From positions 1 to 23,863 of the forward strand of contig JASFEA010000031.1 in assembly GCA_050125095.1 (NCBI GenBank): 23,863 nucleotides of DNA. Direction: 5' to 3'. This document shows, one piece after another, positions 14,262-22,227 of the stretch. This DNA is from a bacterium (GTDB lineage Bacteria > Arandabacterota > Arandabacteria > Arandabacterales > JALGWA01). The position numbers and the translations under genes were made by a program. A model generated the notes under the pieces. That model saw only the letters and a list, made by a program, of their open reading frames with translations, searched no databases and was not told where the DNA came from. Positions within the stretch are counted from its first letter, which is position 1; the number at the start of each line of letters is the position of its first letter.

Positions 14262-15518
14262 CTAGTCCTCCAGGAATCTCCTTAAGAAGTCCCCCAGCGT
14301 AAGGCAGTCTATGTCCCCGGTTATGGCCATGGCCGCCCTGAAAGGGCTCGGCCAGAAGGTATCGCAGATAAGAGGATGCCCGCAATTCTCTATGAGGTCC
14401 ACCGCGGTCGCCCGGTGTGTGAGGCCATCCAGATACACGGGATACATCTCTCTATCTTCCGATAGTTCAAGGAAATAGCCCATATCTCTTATAATCAACT
14501 TGAGCGACTCCGGCGCCGAAGGCGAGACCCCTACGACCGGCTTCATGTCGCTGTCCACGACGGCGCCTTCGTTTACGGCCTCCTCGGCGCCCTCACGCGG
14601 TATGCGCGCCAGAAGCCTCACCGTGCCCGAGGCCGGATTGTGGACGGAGAACCCGCCCCCGGGGCCGGCCCTCAGATCGAGCCTGACACCCGTGCGCGCG
14701 CGCCACCACGAGTCTATTTCTGCCAGAGTGGCGACCCAGAATGAGTTCTCTTTTCTCGAGAGGTTAAGCACCTTCTTAAGGCTGTTCCGGAGTATGACCG
14801 CCCGCTCGGGATGGAGCTGAACGGTCAGGAGCTCGCGCCTCTCCAGCGCCATGCAGCCCATCTCGTTCCAGACGCTGCCAATCTTGTCCGGGTGCATGCC
14901 CATGCGGTCTAAAAGAATCTCGTCGTCGGGAAGCGACACCGGGATCTCGACCAGGCGCCCCACGAAACGGGGCAGCGATCTCTCGTCTGGCCGCCTTACG
15001 GGCCGGTAGAACTTCAGGCCCCGCGCCAGCCCGTCCGACTCCTCCCGGCTCAGATTCGAAAGCGACGCCGCCGGCTCCCAGTAGAAAGCGAGGTTGCTGT
15101 CATAGGACAGGCCCATGGCCTCCACCGCCCTGAGCGTGGCTTCATTGTAGCGCAGATAGGGGCTGCGGAAGCCGCTGACCTCCATGCCGTGCTTCCGGAA
15201 TATAGCGACCGCCTTCTCCATATGCGCCCGCTGCGCCTCATCCGTAAGAAGCGCCATGTCCGTGTGCACAAGCCCGTGTATGGGAAGCTCGACGCCCAGG
15301 ACGCTCAGCCTCCGCGCGACCTCGGGGTTCCGGTCCAGCACCGACGCCGTAATGGGAAGGCTGGGGGCCGCCCCGTATTCCATCACGATCTGTGCGAGGG
15401 CCCTGAGGCGGCTCTCGCTGCGCCCCGGCGTCAGGCCGAAGCGCGTGGCTACCTGCCAGGCTCTCTCAGCGGCGTTTACAAAGCCCCTCGAGCCCAGCAC
15501 GAACTTGAACCGGTTCAA
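14262..15518 (-). CDS. Polysaccharide deacetylase-like protein (CE4-like, probably circularly permuted)
   Basis: TTG start after GAAGGTGG. Motifs ELPIHGLVH, GFRSPYL, YDSN, LVEIPVS, QLHP. A motif-1-like WPSPFRAAMAITGDID lies at the C-terminus. Confidence 0.82.
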   Translation of the reverse strand: MNRFKFVLGSRGFVNAAERAWQVATRFGLTPGRSESRLRALAQIVMEYGAAPSLPITASVLDRNPEVARRLSVLGVELPIHGLVHTDMALLTDEAQRAHMEKAVAIFRKHGMEVSGFRSPYLRYNEATLRAVEAMGLSYDSNLAFYWEPAASLSNLSREESDGLARGLKFYRPVRRPDERSLPRFVGRLVEIPVSLPDDEILLDRMGMHPDKIGSVWNEMGCMALERRELLTVQLHPERAVILRNSLKKVLNLSRKENSFWVATLAEIDSWWRARTGVRLDLRAGPGGGFSVHNPASGTVRLLARIPREGAEEAVNEGAVVDSDMKPVVGVSPSAPESLKLIIRDMGYFLELSEDREMYPVYLDGLTHRATAVDLIENCGHPLICDTFWPSPFRAAMAITGDIDCLTLGDFLRRFLED

Positions 15519-15538
15519 ACCGCCACCTTCCTAATAAG

Positions 15539-15567
15539 TTGACACGCCGCCATGCCGTACTGATAAT
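15539..15567 (+). promoter_or_regulatory. Sigma70-type promoter for the + strand GT2 (probably leaderless transcript)
   Basis: TTGACA(15539-15544)-17 bp-GATAAT(15562-15567), followed by 6 nt and then ATG 15574. Confidence 0.65.
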
Positions 15568-15573
15568 GGAGAC

Positions 15574-16251
15574 ATGAGGGTATCAGTCATCGTGCCGGTA
15601 TACAACGAGAAGTCAACGCTTCTCGAGATTCTAGCCAGGGTCGAAGCCGTCAGTCTCGACAAGGAGATCATCATGGTGGACGACGGCTCGACCGACGGCT
15701 CCCGGGAGATCCTCGAATCGCTCGAGCCCGGCCGCGCCAGAGTCATCTTGCACGAGAAGAACTCCGGAAAGGGCGCGGCAATAAGGACTGCCATCCCCCA
15801 CTGCACGGGTGACGTCATCACCATACAGGACGCCGACCTCGAATACGACCCCGAAGACCTCCTGAAGCTCATCAAGCCCATCGAGGCGGGCAAGGCGGAC
15901 ATCGTATACGGGTCGCGCTTCACGGGCGAAAGGCGCAATATGTTCTTCTGGCACTGGGTGGGCAACCAGTTGCTTACGCTCATCACCAACATCCTCTATG
16001 ACACCACTCTTTCAGACATGGAAACGTGCTACAAGATGTTCAAGTCAGATATACTGAAGGGCATAGACCTCAAGTCGAGGAGCTTCGAAATCGAGGTCGA
16101 GATGACCGCGAAAGTCCTCAAGCGCAAACACCGCATTTACGAAGTGCCCATATCCTACGCCGGGCGCGAGTTCCACGAGGGAAAGAAGATCACGTGGAAG
16201 GACGGCCTCGTCGCCCTGTATCACCTCTTCAAGTACCGCTTCGTGGATTGA
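15574..16251 (+). CDS. GT2 glycosyltransferase (DPM1-like polyprenol-phosphate glycosyltransferase)
   Basis: Motifs SVIVPVYNE, VDDGSTDG, NSGKGAA, QDADLEYDP, VYGSRF, DMETCYK, GKKITWKDG. Confidence 0.93.
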   Translation: MRVSVIVPVYNEKSTLLEILARVEAVSLDKEIIMVDDGSTDGSREILESLEPGRARVILHEKNSGKGAAIRTAIPHCTGDVITIQDADLEYDPEDLLKLIKPIEAGKADIVYGSRFTGERRNMFFWHWVGNQLLTLITNILYDTTLSDMETCYKMFKSDILKGIDLKSRSFEIEVEMTAKVLKRKHRIYEVPISYAGREFHEGKKITWKDGLVALYHLFKYRFVD

Positions 16252-16253
16252 TC

Positions 16254-17210
16254 TCAACAGGGACCCCTTCTCTCCCCCGGCCCGCCCTGACCGCGGTCGC
16301 CTCCGGCCACAGCAGGCGCCGTCATATCCAGCCATACCCATGTCGGGTAGGCAACATAGTTCCCCCGGTACATGGTCGCGAAGGTCTTGAGACGCGCACC
16401 CCGCGACCTGCGTGACGTCAGCAGCGCCGTAATATCCGCCAGCCTGATGCGATTGCCGCGGTCGCCATAGCGGTTCAGGCCCTCACCCCCGAAGAAGGCC
16501 TCGATCCCGGCCGCCTTTCCTATTCTCGCCAGAACCGCTTCATCATCCTCCGGAAGCAGCGCGTAGCAGGCTGCCCTGCCCGTGACCGAGCCCACCTTCT
16601 CCGCAAGCGCCCTGAGCCCGGCCGCGATTTTATCTTCATCAAGAGCCTTCCCCACCTGCGCCCCGGCCTCCACCGCGAAAGCCGTGCCCGAGGGGAAGGT
16701 TCCCTCCCCGGCCCCGGGGGTCATACCGGAGGCCACCTGCTCGGCAAGAAGCAGAGTGACGGGCGGCGCAGTCCCGGCCGCGACAGCCTCCCGGGCGACA
16801 TTGAGATCCTCCCGGCCAGCCACCCTGACCACCACGGCCGCCCCCTTCCTGGGGACGTACCTCTGGTCCCTTATGAACGCCGTTACGTCCGCAAGCGGCA
16901 CGATGTCAAAGCGACTGTCGATGAGGTCGAGCGCGTCTGCCAGGGACTCATCGCCCAGCCCGGAGGCCTCTATCATGAAGACGGGCAGTCCATCTTCATG
17001 AGTGAGGAGCATGATCCTCATCAACAGGAGCGCGCCTGCCACGGCGAGCGCCCTGGACGCAATAACCGTATAAGGGTTCTTACGCGCCCCCGGCGTCCTT
17101 ATCATCCCGGCGAAGACGAATAGAACAGCGAGAAGGGCGAATCCCGCCATAAGCATGATCCAGCGCTTTCTCGCCGCGCCCGCGAGTTCTTTTGTCAGGC
17201 TGCTCTGCAT
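16254..17210 (-). CDS. Membrane-anchored degenerate CE4-fold protein (probable pseudoenzyme)
   Basis: Two N-terminal hydrophobic helices. CE4 scaffold segments are recognisable (LPVFMIE, FDIVPLADV..VPRKGAAVVV, GKAAGIEAFF..GLN..RIRL) but TFDDG and HxxxH are absent. Confidence 0.6.
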   Translation of the reverse strand: MQSSLTKELAGAARKRWIMLMAGFALLAVLFVFAGMIRTPGARKNPYTVIASRALAVAGALLLMRIMLLTHEDGLPVFMIEASGLGDESLADALDLIDSRFDIVPLADVTAFIRDQRYVPRKGAAVVVRVAGREDLNVAREAVAAGTAPPVTLLLAEQVASGMTPGAGEGTFPSGTAFAVEAGAQVGKALDEDKIAAGLRALAEKVGSVTGRAACYALLPEDDEAVLARIGKAAGIEAFFGGEGLNRYGDRGNRIRLADITALLTSRRSRGARLKTFATMYRGNYVAYPTWVWLDMTAPAVAGGDRGQGGPGERRGPC

Positions 17211-17238
17211 GGTTCACCCCGCCTGCCGGCCGAGTCTC

Positions 17239-18324
17239 TCAATCACCCCTGTACGCCCGCTCGAGGGAGTCCACTATGCTGTCCCAGTTATAGGCCTCTT
17301 TTGCTCGCGTGACGGCCTTCTCTCCCTCGGCCCTGCAGACCTCCGGATTCCGGTCGATCTCGTCTATGACCCGGGCGAGGTCGGCTACGTCCGCGGACCT
17401 GAACTTGACCCCGGCGTCCCCAACGACCTCCGAGTTCTCCGGTATGTCGCTGACTATAACGCATCGCCTGTGCGCCATCGCCTCAAGAAGCGAGAGCGAC
17501 ATGCCTTCGGTCACCGACGGATGCACGACCGCGTAAGCGCCGTCCCAGACCTCGTTGAGAATGTCTCCGTAAATCTCGCCAGGGAAGAGGACGCGCTCGT
17601 CGGCCAGGGCCCGCAGTCTGTCCTCATAGCCCGGATTCATATGGCCGCTTCCCACCATCAGGAGCTTCCTGGACGTCGAGCTTCTGGTGAAAGCCTCGAC
17701 CAGTATATGACATCCCTTCTCCGGCCCCAGCCTTCCCACGAAGAGAAAGTAGTCGCCCTTTGAGACGCCGTACCGGCCGATATCCACAGGCTCAACCGGG
17801 TCCAGTATCGAAACCCCGTTGGGGATATACGTGACTTCGCGGCCGTAGTTCTCACGGAAGTATCGCTTGAGTATGTTGGATACGACCACCGTTTCGGAGG
17901 GGAAATGGCAGGCCGTGTACTCGCAGCGCTGCAGCACCCATTTGGCCGCTCTCCCCCACTTGCCGCCGCGCCAGTCCAGACCGTGCACCGTGGCCACGGT
18001 CCTGGCCCCCGCGAGCCTGGGCAGGAATGAAAGGCCGCTCGGCCCCAGGGCGTGGTAGTGCACGACGTCGGCCTTCATGGAGAGCACATGCGCCGTGGAG
18101 ATGAGACTGTGCGTGGCGGCGTCGAGGTGGCGCGTCTTTATGCTGGGCAGTTTGACCAGGTGAACGCCCTTGTAGTCCCCGTCCATCAGGGTGTAATAGG
18201 GCCTGCAGTAGACGAAGACGTCATGACCCCGGGCCGCGAGCCGGACGGAGATCTCGTCCACATGGCGCTCGATGCCGCCGTACCTCGCGGGTATGCCCTT
18301 CTGTCCGATCATGGCTATTCGCAA
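17239..18324 (-). CDS. GT4 glycosyltransferase
   Basis: Likely TTG start at 18324 (MRIAMIGQKGIPARYGGIER), overlapping the upstream stop. Motifs FVGRLGPEKG, HPSVTEGMSLSLLEAM, SDIPEN. Confidence 0.92.
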   Translation of the reverse strand: MRIAMIGQKGIPARYGGIERHVDEISVRLAARGHDVFVYCRPYYTLMDGDYKGVHLVKLPSIKTRHLDAATHSLISTAHVLSMKADVVHYHALGPSGLSFLPRLAGARTVATVHGLDWRGGKWGRAAKWVLQRCEYTACHFPSETVVVSNILKRYFRENYGREVTYIPNGVSILDPVEPVDIGRYGVSKGDYFLFVGRLGPEKGCHILVEAFTRSSTSRKLLMVGSGHMNPGYEDRLRALADERVLFPGEIYGDILNEVWDGAYAVVHPSVTEGMSLSLLEAMAHRRCVIVSDIPENSEVVGDAGVKFRSADVADLARVIDEIDRNPEVCRAEGEKAVTRAKEAYNWDSIVDSLERAYRGD

Positions 18325-19535
18325 GCGCCAACCCTCGCGTAGATCTCCATCATCCGGTCGTAATGATAGTCCGGCGAACATACTCCCGACACGAGCTCGC
18401 GGGCGTTCCTGGCCATGCGCACTCTGGCGCTCTCATCGCTCAGGAGGTTGCCGATGGCCTCAGCCAGCGAGTCCGCGTCCGCCCTTCTGTACCGGAATCC
18501 GGTCTCCCCGTCCTTTACGAGCTCCACGGTGCCGCCGCAGTCCGAGCCCACGACGGGCTTTCCCCTGGCGAATGACTCGAGAATGCTGAGCGGCAGGTTC
18601 TCGTAGGATATGGACGTGACGGCGATGCAGGCCGCGCCCTCCAGGAGGGCCTCGTGCTCCCCGCCTTCGACATATCCCCGGAATTCCACATTGCCCAGGC
18701 CCCGGTCGCGCGCATACTCCTTGAACTCATCGAGCTGCGGCCCTTCACCGGCGATTATGAACTTCATATCGGGCATCCTGGCCGCGGCCTCCAGCAGGGT
18801 CTTTACGCCCTTCTCGTGGGTTATACGGCCGGAGTAGAGCACGTAGCCGTCGTTCCTCGAGCTCCAGTCCTCACCCAGCGGGATGAGATACGGCAGATGG
18901 CCGATTTTGCGCCTTATCCACTTCAGGCTTGAGAGCTTCTCCATGAGAAAACGGCTGGGCGAGATAATGAAATCTATCTTCTTGTAGAGCCCCATGACAT
19001 CGTGCAAATAGGCCTCGGCTGCGCCCAGCAGCGACGAGGTGAGCGAGCCGTCGATGCACTTCTTGGGCACGGCGTGCCAGTAAGCGCCCCCGAGGCAGTC
19101 CTCGCAGACCTCGCCGTTTACGAAACAGGTGTGCGCCGGACATACGAGGCTGTAATCGTGCTGAGTCTTCACCGTCGGAATGCCGCGCGCCGACGTCACC
19201 GACACGATGGACGGCGTGATCTGCCGGCTGATGTTGTGCATGTGAACCACGTCGGGCCTGTAGCGGTCTATGATCGCCTCCATTCTCCGGGTCGCCTCTC
19301 TGGAATAGAGGAGGCGGCCCGCGGCGGCGACTCTCTCTGTCGCGCTCATGGGGGCGTTGAGGTCGACATGGCTCATGAACATGTCGGCCTGGGGGCTCGG
19401 CCGGTTGCGCGAATGCGTCATCGAGAAATGGAACACCTCATGGCCCCGCCCGGCCAGCAGGTCGCAGAGGTCGAAGTAGTAGCGCTCCGACCCTCCCCGG
19501 ACGTAGAAGTACTTGTTGACCTGCAGCACTTTCAT
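18315..19535 (-). CDS. GT4 glycosyltransferase with Cys-rich insert
   Basis: Likely start ATG 19535 (ATGA overlap with the radical SAM stop; MKVLQVNKYFYVRGGSE). Motifs TQHDY..CP..C..C..C, YSGRITHEKG, YENLPLSILES. Confidence 0.92.
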   Translation of the reverse strand: MKVLQVNKYFYVRGGSERYYFDLCDLLAGRGHEVFHFSMTHSRNRPSPQADMFMSHVDLNAPMSATERVAAAGRLLYSREATRRMEAIIDRYRPDVVHMHNISRQITPSIVSVTSARGIPTVKTQHDYSLVCPAHTCFVNGEVCEDCLGGAYWHAVPKKCIDGSLTSSLLGAAEAYLHDVMGLYKKIDFIISPSRFLMEKLSSLKWIRRKIGHLPYLIPLGEDWSSRNDGYVLYSGRITHEKGVKTLLEAAARMPDMKFIIAGEGPQLDEFKEYARDRGLGNVEFRGYVEGGEHEALLEGAACIAVTSISYENLPLSILESFARGKPVVGSDCGGTVELVKDGETGFRYRRADADSLAEAIGNLLSDESARVRMARNARELVSGVCSPDYHYDRMMEIYARVGACE

Positions 19536-20515
19536 CTCGGGCGGCGCCCCCTTCCGGCGTGGTGAAGCAGCTTGGCCCAGGCGACCCTGGCCGCGTACAG
19601 CAGCACCTTCCTCCTCATCTCCGGGGCTACCGTGCAGGTCATCCAGCACTTCTTGCCGCAGCGCTCGACAGCCCGCATGACCTTCGGGTTGGAGGCGATG
19701 ATGTCTTCATAGGACTCCTCGAGTATATTGCCCATCTCCTTGTCCCAGAGATGGCACGGGTAGACCCTGCCCTCGGGGTCCAGATAGAAGAAGTCAAGAC
19801 CCGCCCTGCACTCTATGGGCCGGGGCTTTCCCATGAGAACGTCCCTGAGCCCCTCGACGAAGTAGGCCCTGAACCAGTCCTTTATGCTATGGGAAGCGTA
19901 GAGCCGGCCCTTGATCTCGTCAATGTCCTCACAGGCGGCCTCGGCGCCGGGCTTTTCGCTGTCCTTGTTGCCGAAGAACATCTCGGATGAATGGGCGACG
20001 GTGAACGTGAACTGGATGCCCTCGCTCCGGGCAAAGGCCTGTATCTCGCGGATGCGGCCGGCATTGTGCCTGCTCATGGTTGCGCATACCCCGAGGTCGG
20101 AGACTCCGCGCTCCCCGGCCACCGCGAGGCTTTTCATGGCCTTCTCGAATGCGCCGTCTACGCCGCGTATTTCATCATGAAGCTCCGCCATGCCGTCTAA
20201 GGAGACTCGCACCGCCAGGCGGTTGTCACTGGAGAGCAGGGCGTCGAGCCTGTCCGGGAGGAGACCATTGGTCGAGAGAATAAGCCTGACGCCGGGGCAG
20301 GTCTCGCGCATGACCGCCGCCACCTCCGCGATATCCTGCCGGAGGAGAGGCTCTCCGCCGGAGACATTGATCTCCTTGAGCGTGGGGGGAATCCGGCGGT
20401 AATCCTCAGGCGCCATCTCGGGCGTGCCCTTTTTCTTCCAGATGTCGCACATGACGCACCGGGCGTTGCACCTGTACGTCACTGCCACGATGGCGTGGGT
20501 AGGGCTCACCTGCAA
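19532..20515 (-). CDS. Radical SAM protein with SPASM/twitch-type C-terminal domain
   Basis: CNARCVMC (CxxxCxxC), SGGEP, STNG, VSLDG..HDEIRG. C-terminal CRAG..YPC..C..CWMTC. TTG start after GGAGG. Confidence 0.92.
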   Translation of the reverse strand: MQVSPTHAIVAVTYRCNARCVMCDIWKKKGTPEMAPEDYRRIPPTLKEINVSGGEPLLRQDIAEVAAVMRETCPGVRLILSTNGLLPDRLDALLSSDNRLAVRVSLDGMAELHDEIRGVDGAFEKAMKSLAVAGERGVSDLGVCATMSRHNAGRIREIQAFARSEGIQFTFTVAHSSEMFFGNKDSEKPGAEAACEDIDEIKGRLYASHSIKDWFRAYFVEGLRDVLMGKPRPIECRAGLDFFYLDPEGRVYPCHLWDKEMGNILEESYEDIIASNPKVMRAVERCGKKCWMTCTVAPEMRRKVLLYAARVAWAKLLHHAGRGRRPR

Positions 20516-20530
20516 GAGGCAACCTCCGAT

Positions 20531-21160
20531 TTAAGTGCTCTTATACGGCTTGTCAGTCAGACCGGTAACGCAGGTCATGTCCCTGACGTCGCCGACCACT
20601 CGCGCCGGATTGCCATAGGCAAGCGAATATGGAGGTATATCCTTGGTGACGACGCTGCCGGCCCCGATGAGGCTGTGTTCGCCTATCGTTATCATGGGCA
20701 CCAGCGTAACGTTCACCCCTATCTGAACGCCTTCCTTGATATGAGGGCCCCGCATGCACTCCGCGGACTTCTCGCAGCCCGGATGGAGGTCGTTCGCGAT
20801 GGTTACGCCCGGAGCCATGAAGGCTCCGTCCTCGATCACCGTGAACTGCGCCACATAGCAATTGCAGTGGATCTTTACGTGATTGCCTATCTTGCAGCCG
20901 TAGTCGATCACGGAGTTGTTCCAGATCGCGAAGTCGTCCCCGATCTCGTTCTCCTCGCGGATTACAACGTTATGGCCCGTCTGGAGATTATCGCCTATCT
21001 TCGAACCGGCGTATAACACCGTCCCGCTTCTTATGCGGGCGTTCTTGCCGATGTTGATGACATCTGTATTCTTGCCCCGTGCCGCCGGGTAGCCCAGGAT
21101 TGCGCCAACGTCGACGACTCCGCCCTCACCGAGCATCACCAGGGGTTTTTGCTTCTTCAT
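20531..21160 (-). CDS. Hexapeptide-repeat (LbH) sugar N-acyltransferase, WbpD/WxcM-like
   Basis: Repeated IGxN hexapeptides, APGVTIAND, IGAGSVVTKD, YGNPAR. Confidence 0.9.
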   Translation of the reverse strand: MKKQKPLVMLGEGGVVDVGAILGYPAARGKNTDVINIGKNARIRSGTVLYAGSKIGDNLQTGHNVVIREENEIGDDFAIWNNSVIDYGCKIGNHVKIHCNCYVAQFTVIEDGAFMAPGVTIANDLHPGCEKSAECMRGPHIKEGVQIGVNVTLVPMITIGEHSLIGAGSVVTKDIPPYSLAYGNPARVVGDVRDMTCVTGLTDKPYKST

Positions 21161-22227
21161 TTCTTGCCCTTCCCTTCACCGAGATCGAGCGGCAGGGGCG
21201 CGCCGCCCAGCTTCGCCGACTCGCATGCCCGCTCCACCACTTTCACCACCGCCAGACCGTCACGACCCGAGCTCTGGGGCCGCTTCCCGTTCAAGGCGCA
21301 GTCCATGAAGTGGCTGCACTCCTTCTTCAGGGGCTCCACTTCCTTGATCTTGGGGACCACGATGTCGCCGAAGCGGTAGGAGAGCTGGAACTCGCCGAAC
21401 GTGTCATAATGGGGGAGCACGTCGACGCCCTTGTCGTACACGCGGATCTTCTCCAGCATGGACGTATCGTCGTAGACGAGCATCTTCTTGCTCCCGACGA
21501 GCGTCGTCCTTCTGATCTTGTTGGGATCCAGCCAGCTGACCTGAATATGCGCGACGGTGCCGCCCGGGTACTGGAGAATAAGAAAAGCCACGTCCTCTAT
21601 TCCGGGCTGGATATATGACCTTGCGAAGGTCGTCACCGTCACGGGCTCGGAATCGAAGAGATAGTTCATTATGGAAATATCATGGGGCGCCAGGTCCCAG
21701 ATGACGTTTATGTCTTCCTGGAAGAGCCCGAGGTTAACGCGCACGCTGCTCACGTAGTAGATGTCGCCGAGCTCGTCGGCCTTGAGCAGATCCTTCATTT
21801 TCTCGACGGCGGCGCTGTAAACGAATGTATGCCCCACGAAAAGGACCTTCTTCTTCTCATCGGCGAGCTTGACCAGGCCCTCGGCCTCCGCAGTGCTCTG
21901 GGTGAGCGGCTTCTCGAGCAGCACGTGCTTGCCGCCTTCGAGACACGCTTTCGCTATGGGATAGTGGGTGGAGACCGGAGTCGCCACGACCACGGCGTCC
22001 ACGTCCCTGTCCTCTATGAGGTCGCTCATGTCCTTGGTGGCGGTAAGATGAGGATAGAGCGACTTCATGTGCTTGAGCCGGTCGTCGCTCAGGTCACAGC
22101 AGTACTTCACCTTCGCGCCGGGCAGCTGGTTGAAGTTCCGGAGGAGGTTGGGGCCCCAGTAGCCGCAGCCGATCACTCCCACGGTAAACTGGCCTTGTTT
22201 GCTCTTTGGTGCTTTACCCTTGGGCAT
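21157..22227 (-). CDS. Gfo/Idh/MocA-family NAD-dependent sugar oxidoreductase
   Basis: Motifs VIGCGYWG, ATPVSTH, EKPL, VGHTF, WDLAPHD, SWLDPNKIR, EPL. Confidence 0.93.
   Translation of the reverse strand: MPKGKAPKSKQGQFTVGVIGCGYWGPNLLRNFNQLPGAKVKYCCDLSDDRLKHMKSLYPHLTATKDMSDLIEDRDVDAVVVATPVSTHYPIAKACLEGGKHVLLEKPLTQSTAEAEGLVKLADEKKKVLFVGHTFVYSAAVEKMKDLLKADELGDIYYVSSVRVNLGLFQEDINVIWDLAPHDISIMNYLFDSEPVTVTTFARSYIQPGIEDVAFLILQYPGGTVAHIQVSWLDPNKIRRTTLVGSKKMLVYDDTSMLEKIRVYDKGVDVLPHYDTFGEFQLSYRFGDIVVPKIKEVEPLKKECSHFMDCALNGKRPQSSGRDGLAVVKVVERACESAKLGGAPLPLDLGEGKGKK

Noticed and set aside
18325-19649. Extended N-termini in the ORF track (starts 19649 and 18381; likewise 1222 and 1794)
   Set aside because: The extensions overlap upstream genes or precede the signal peptide. 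Downstream starts match family N-termini, SD sites and coupling patterns.
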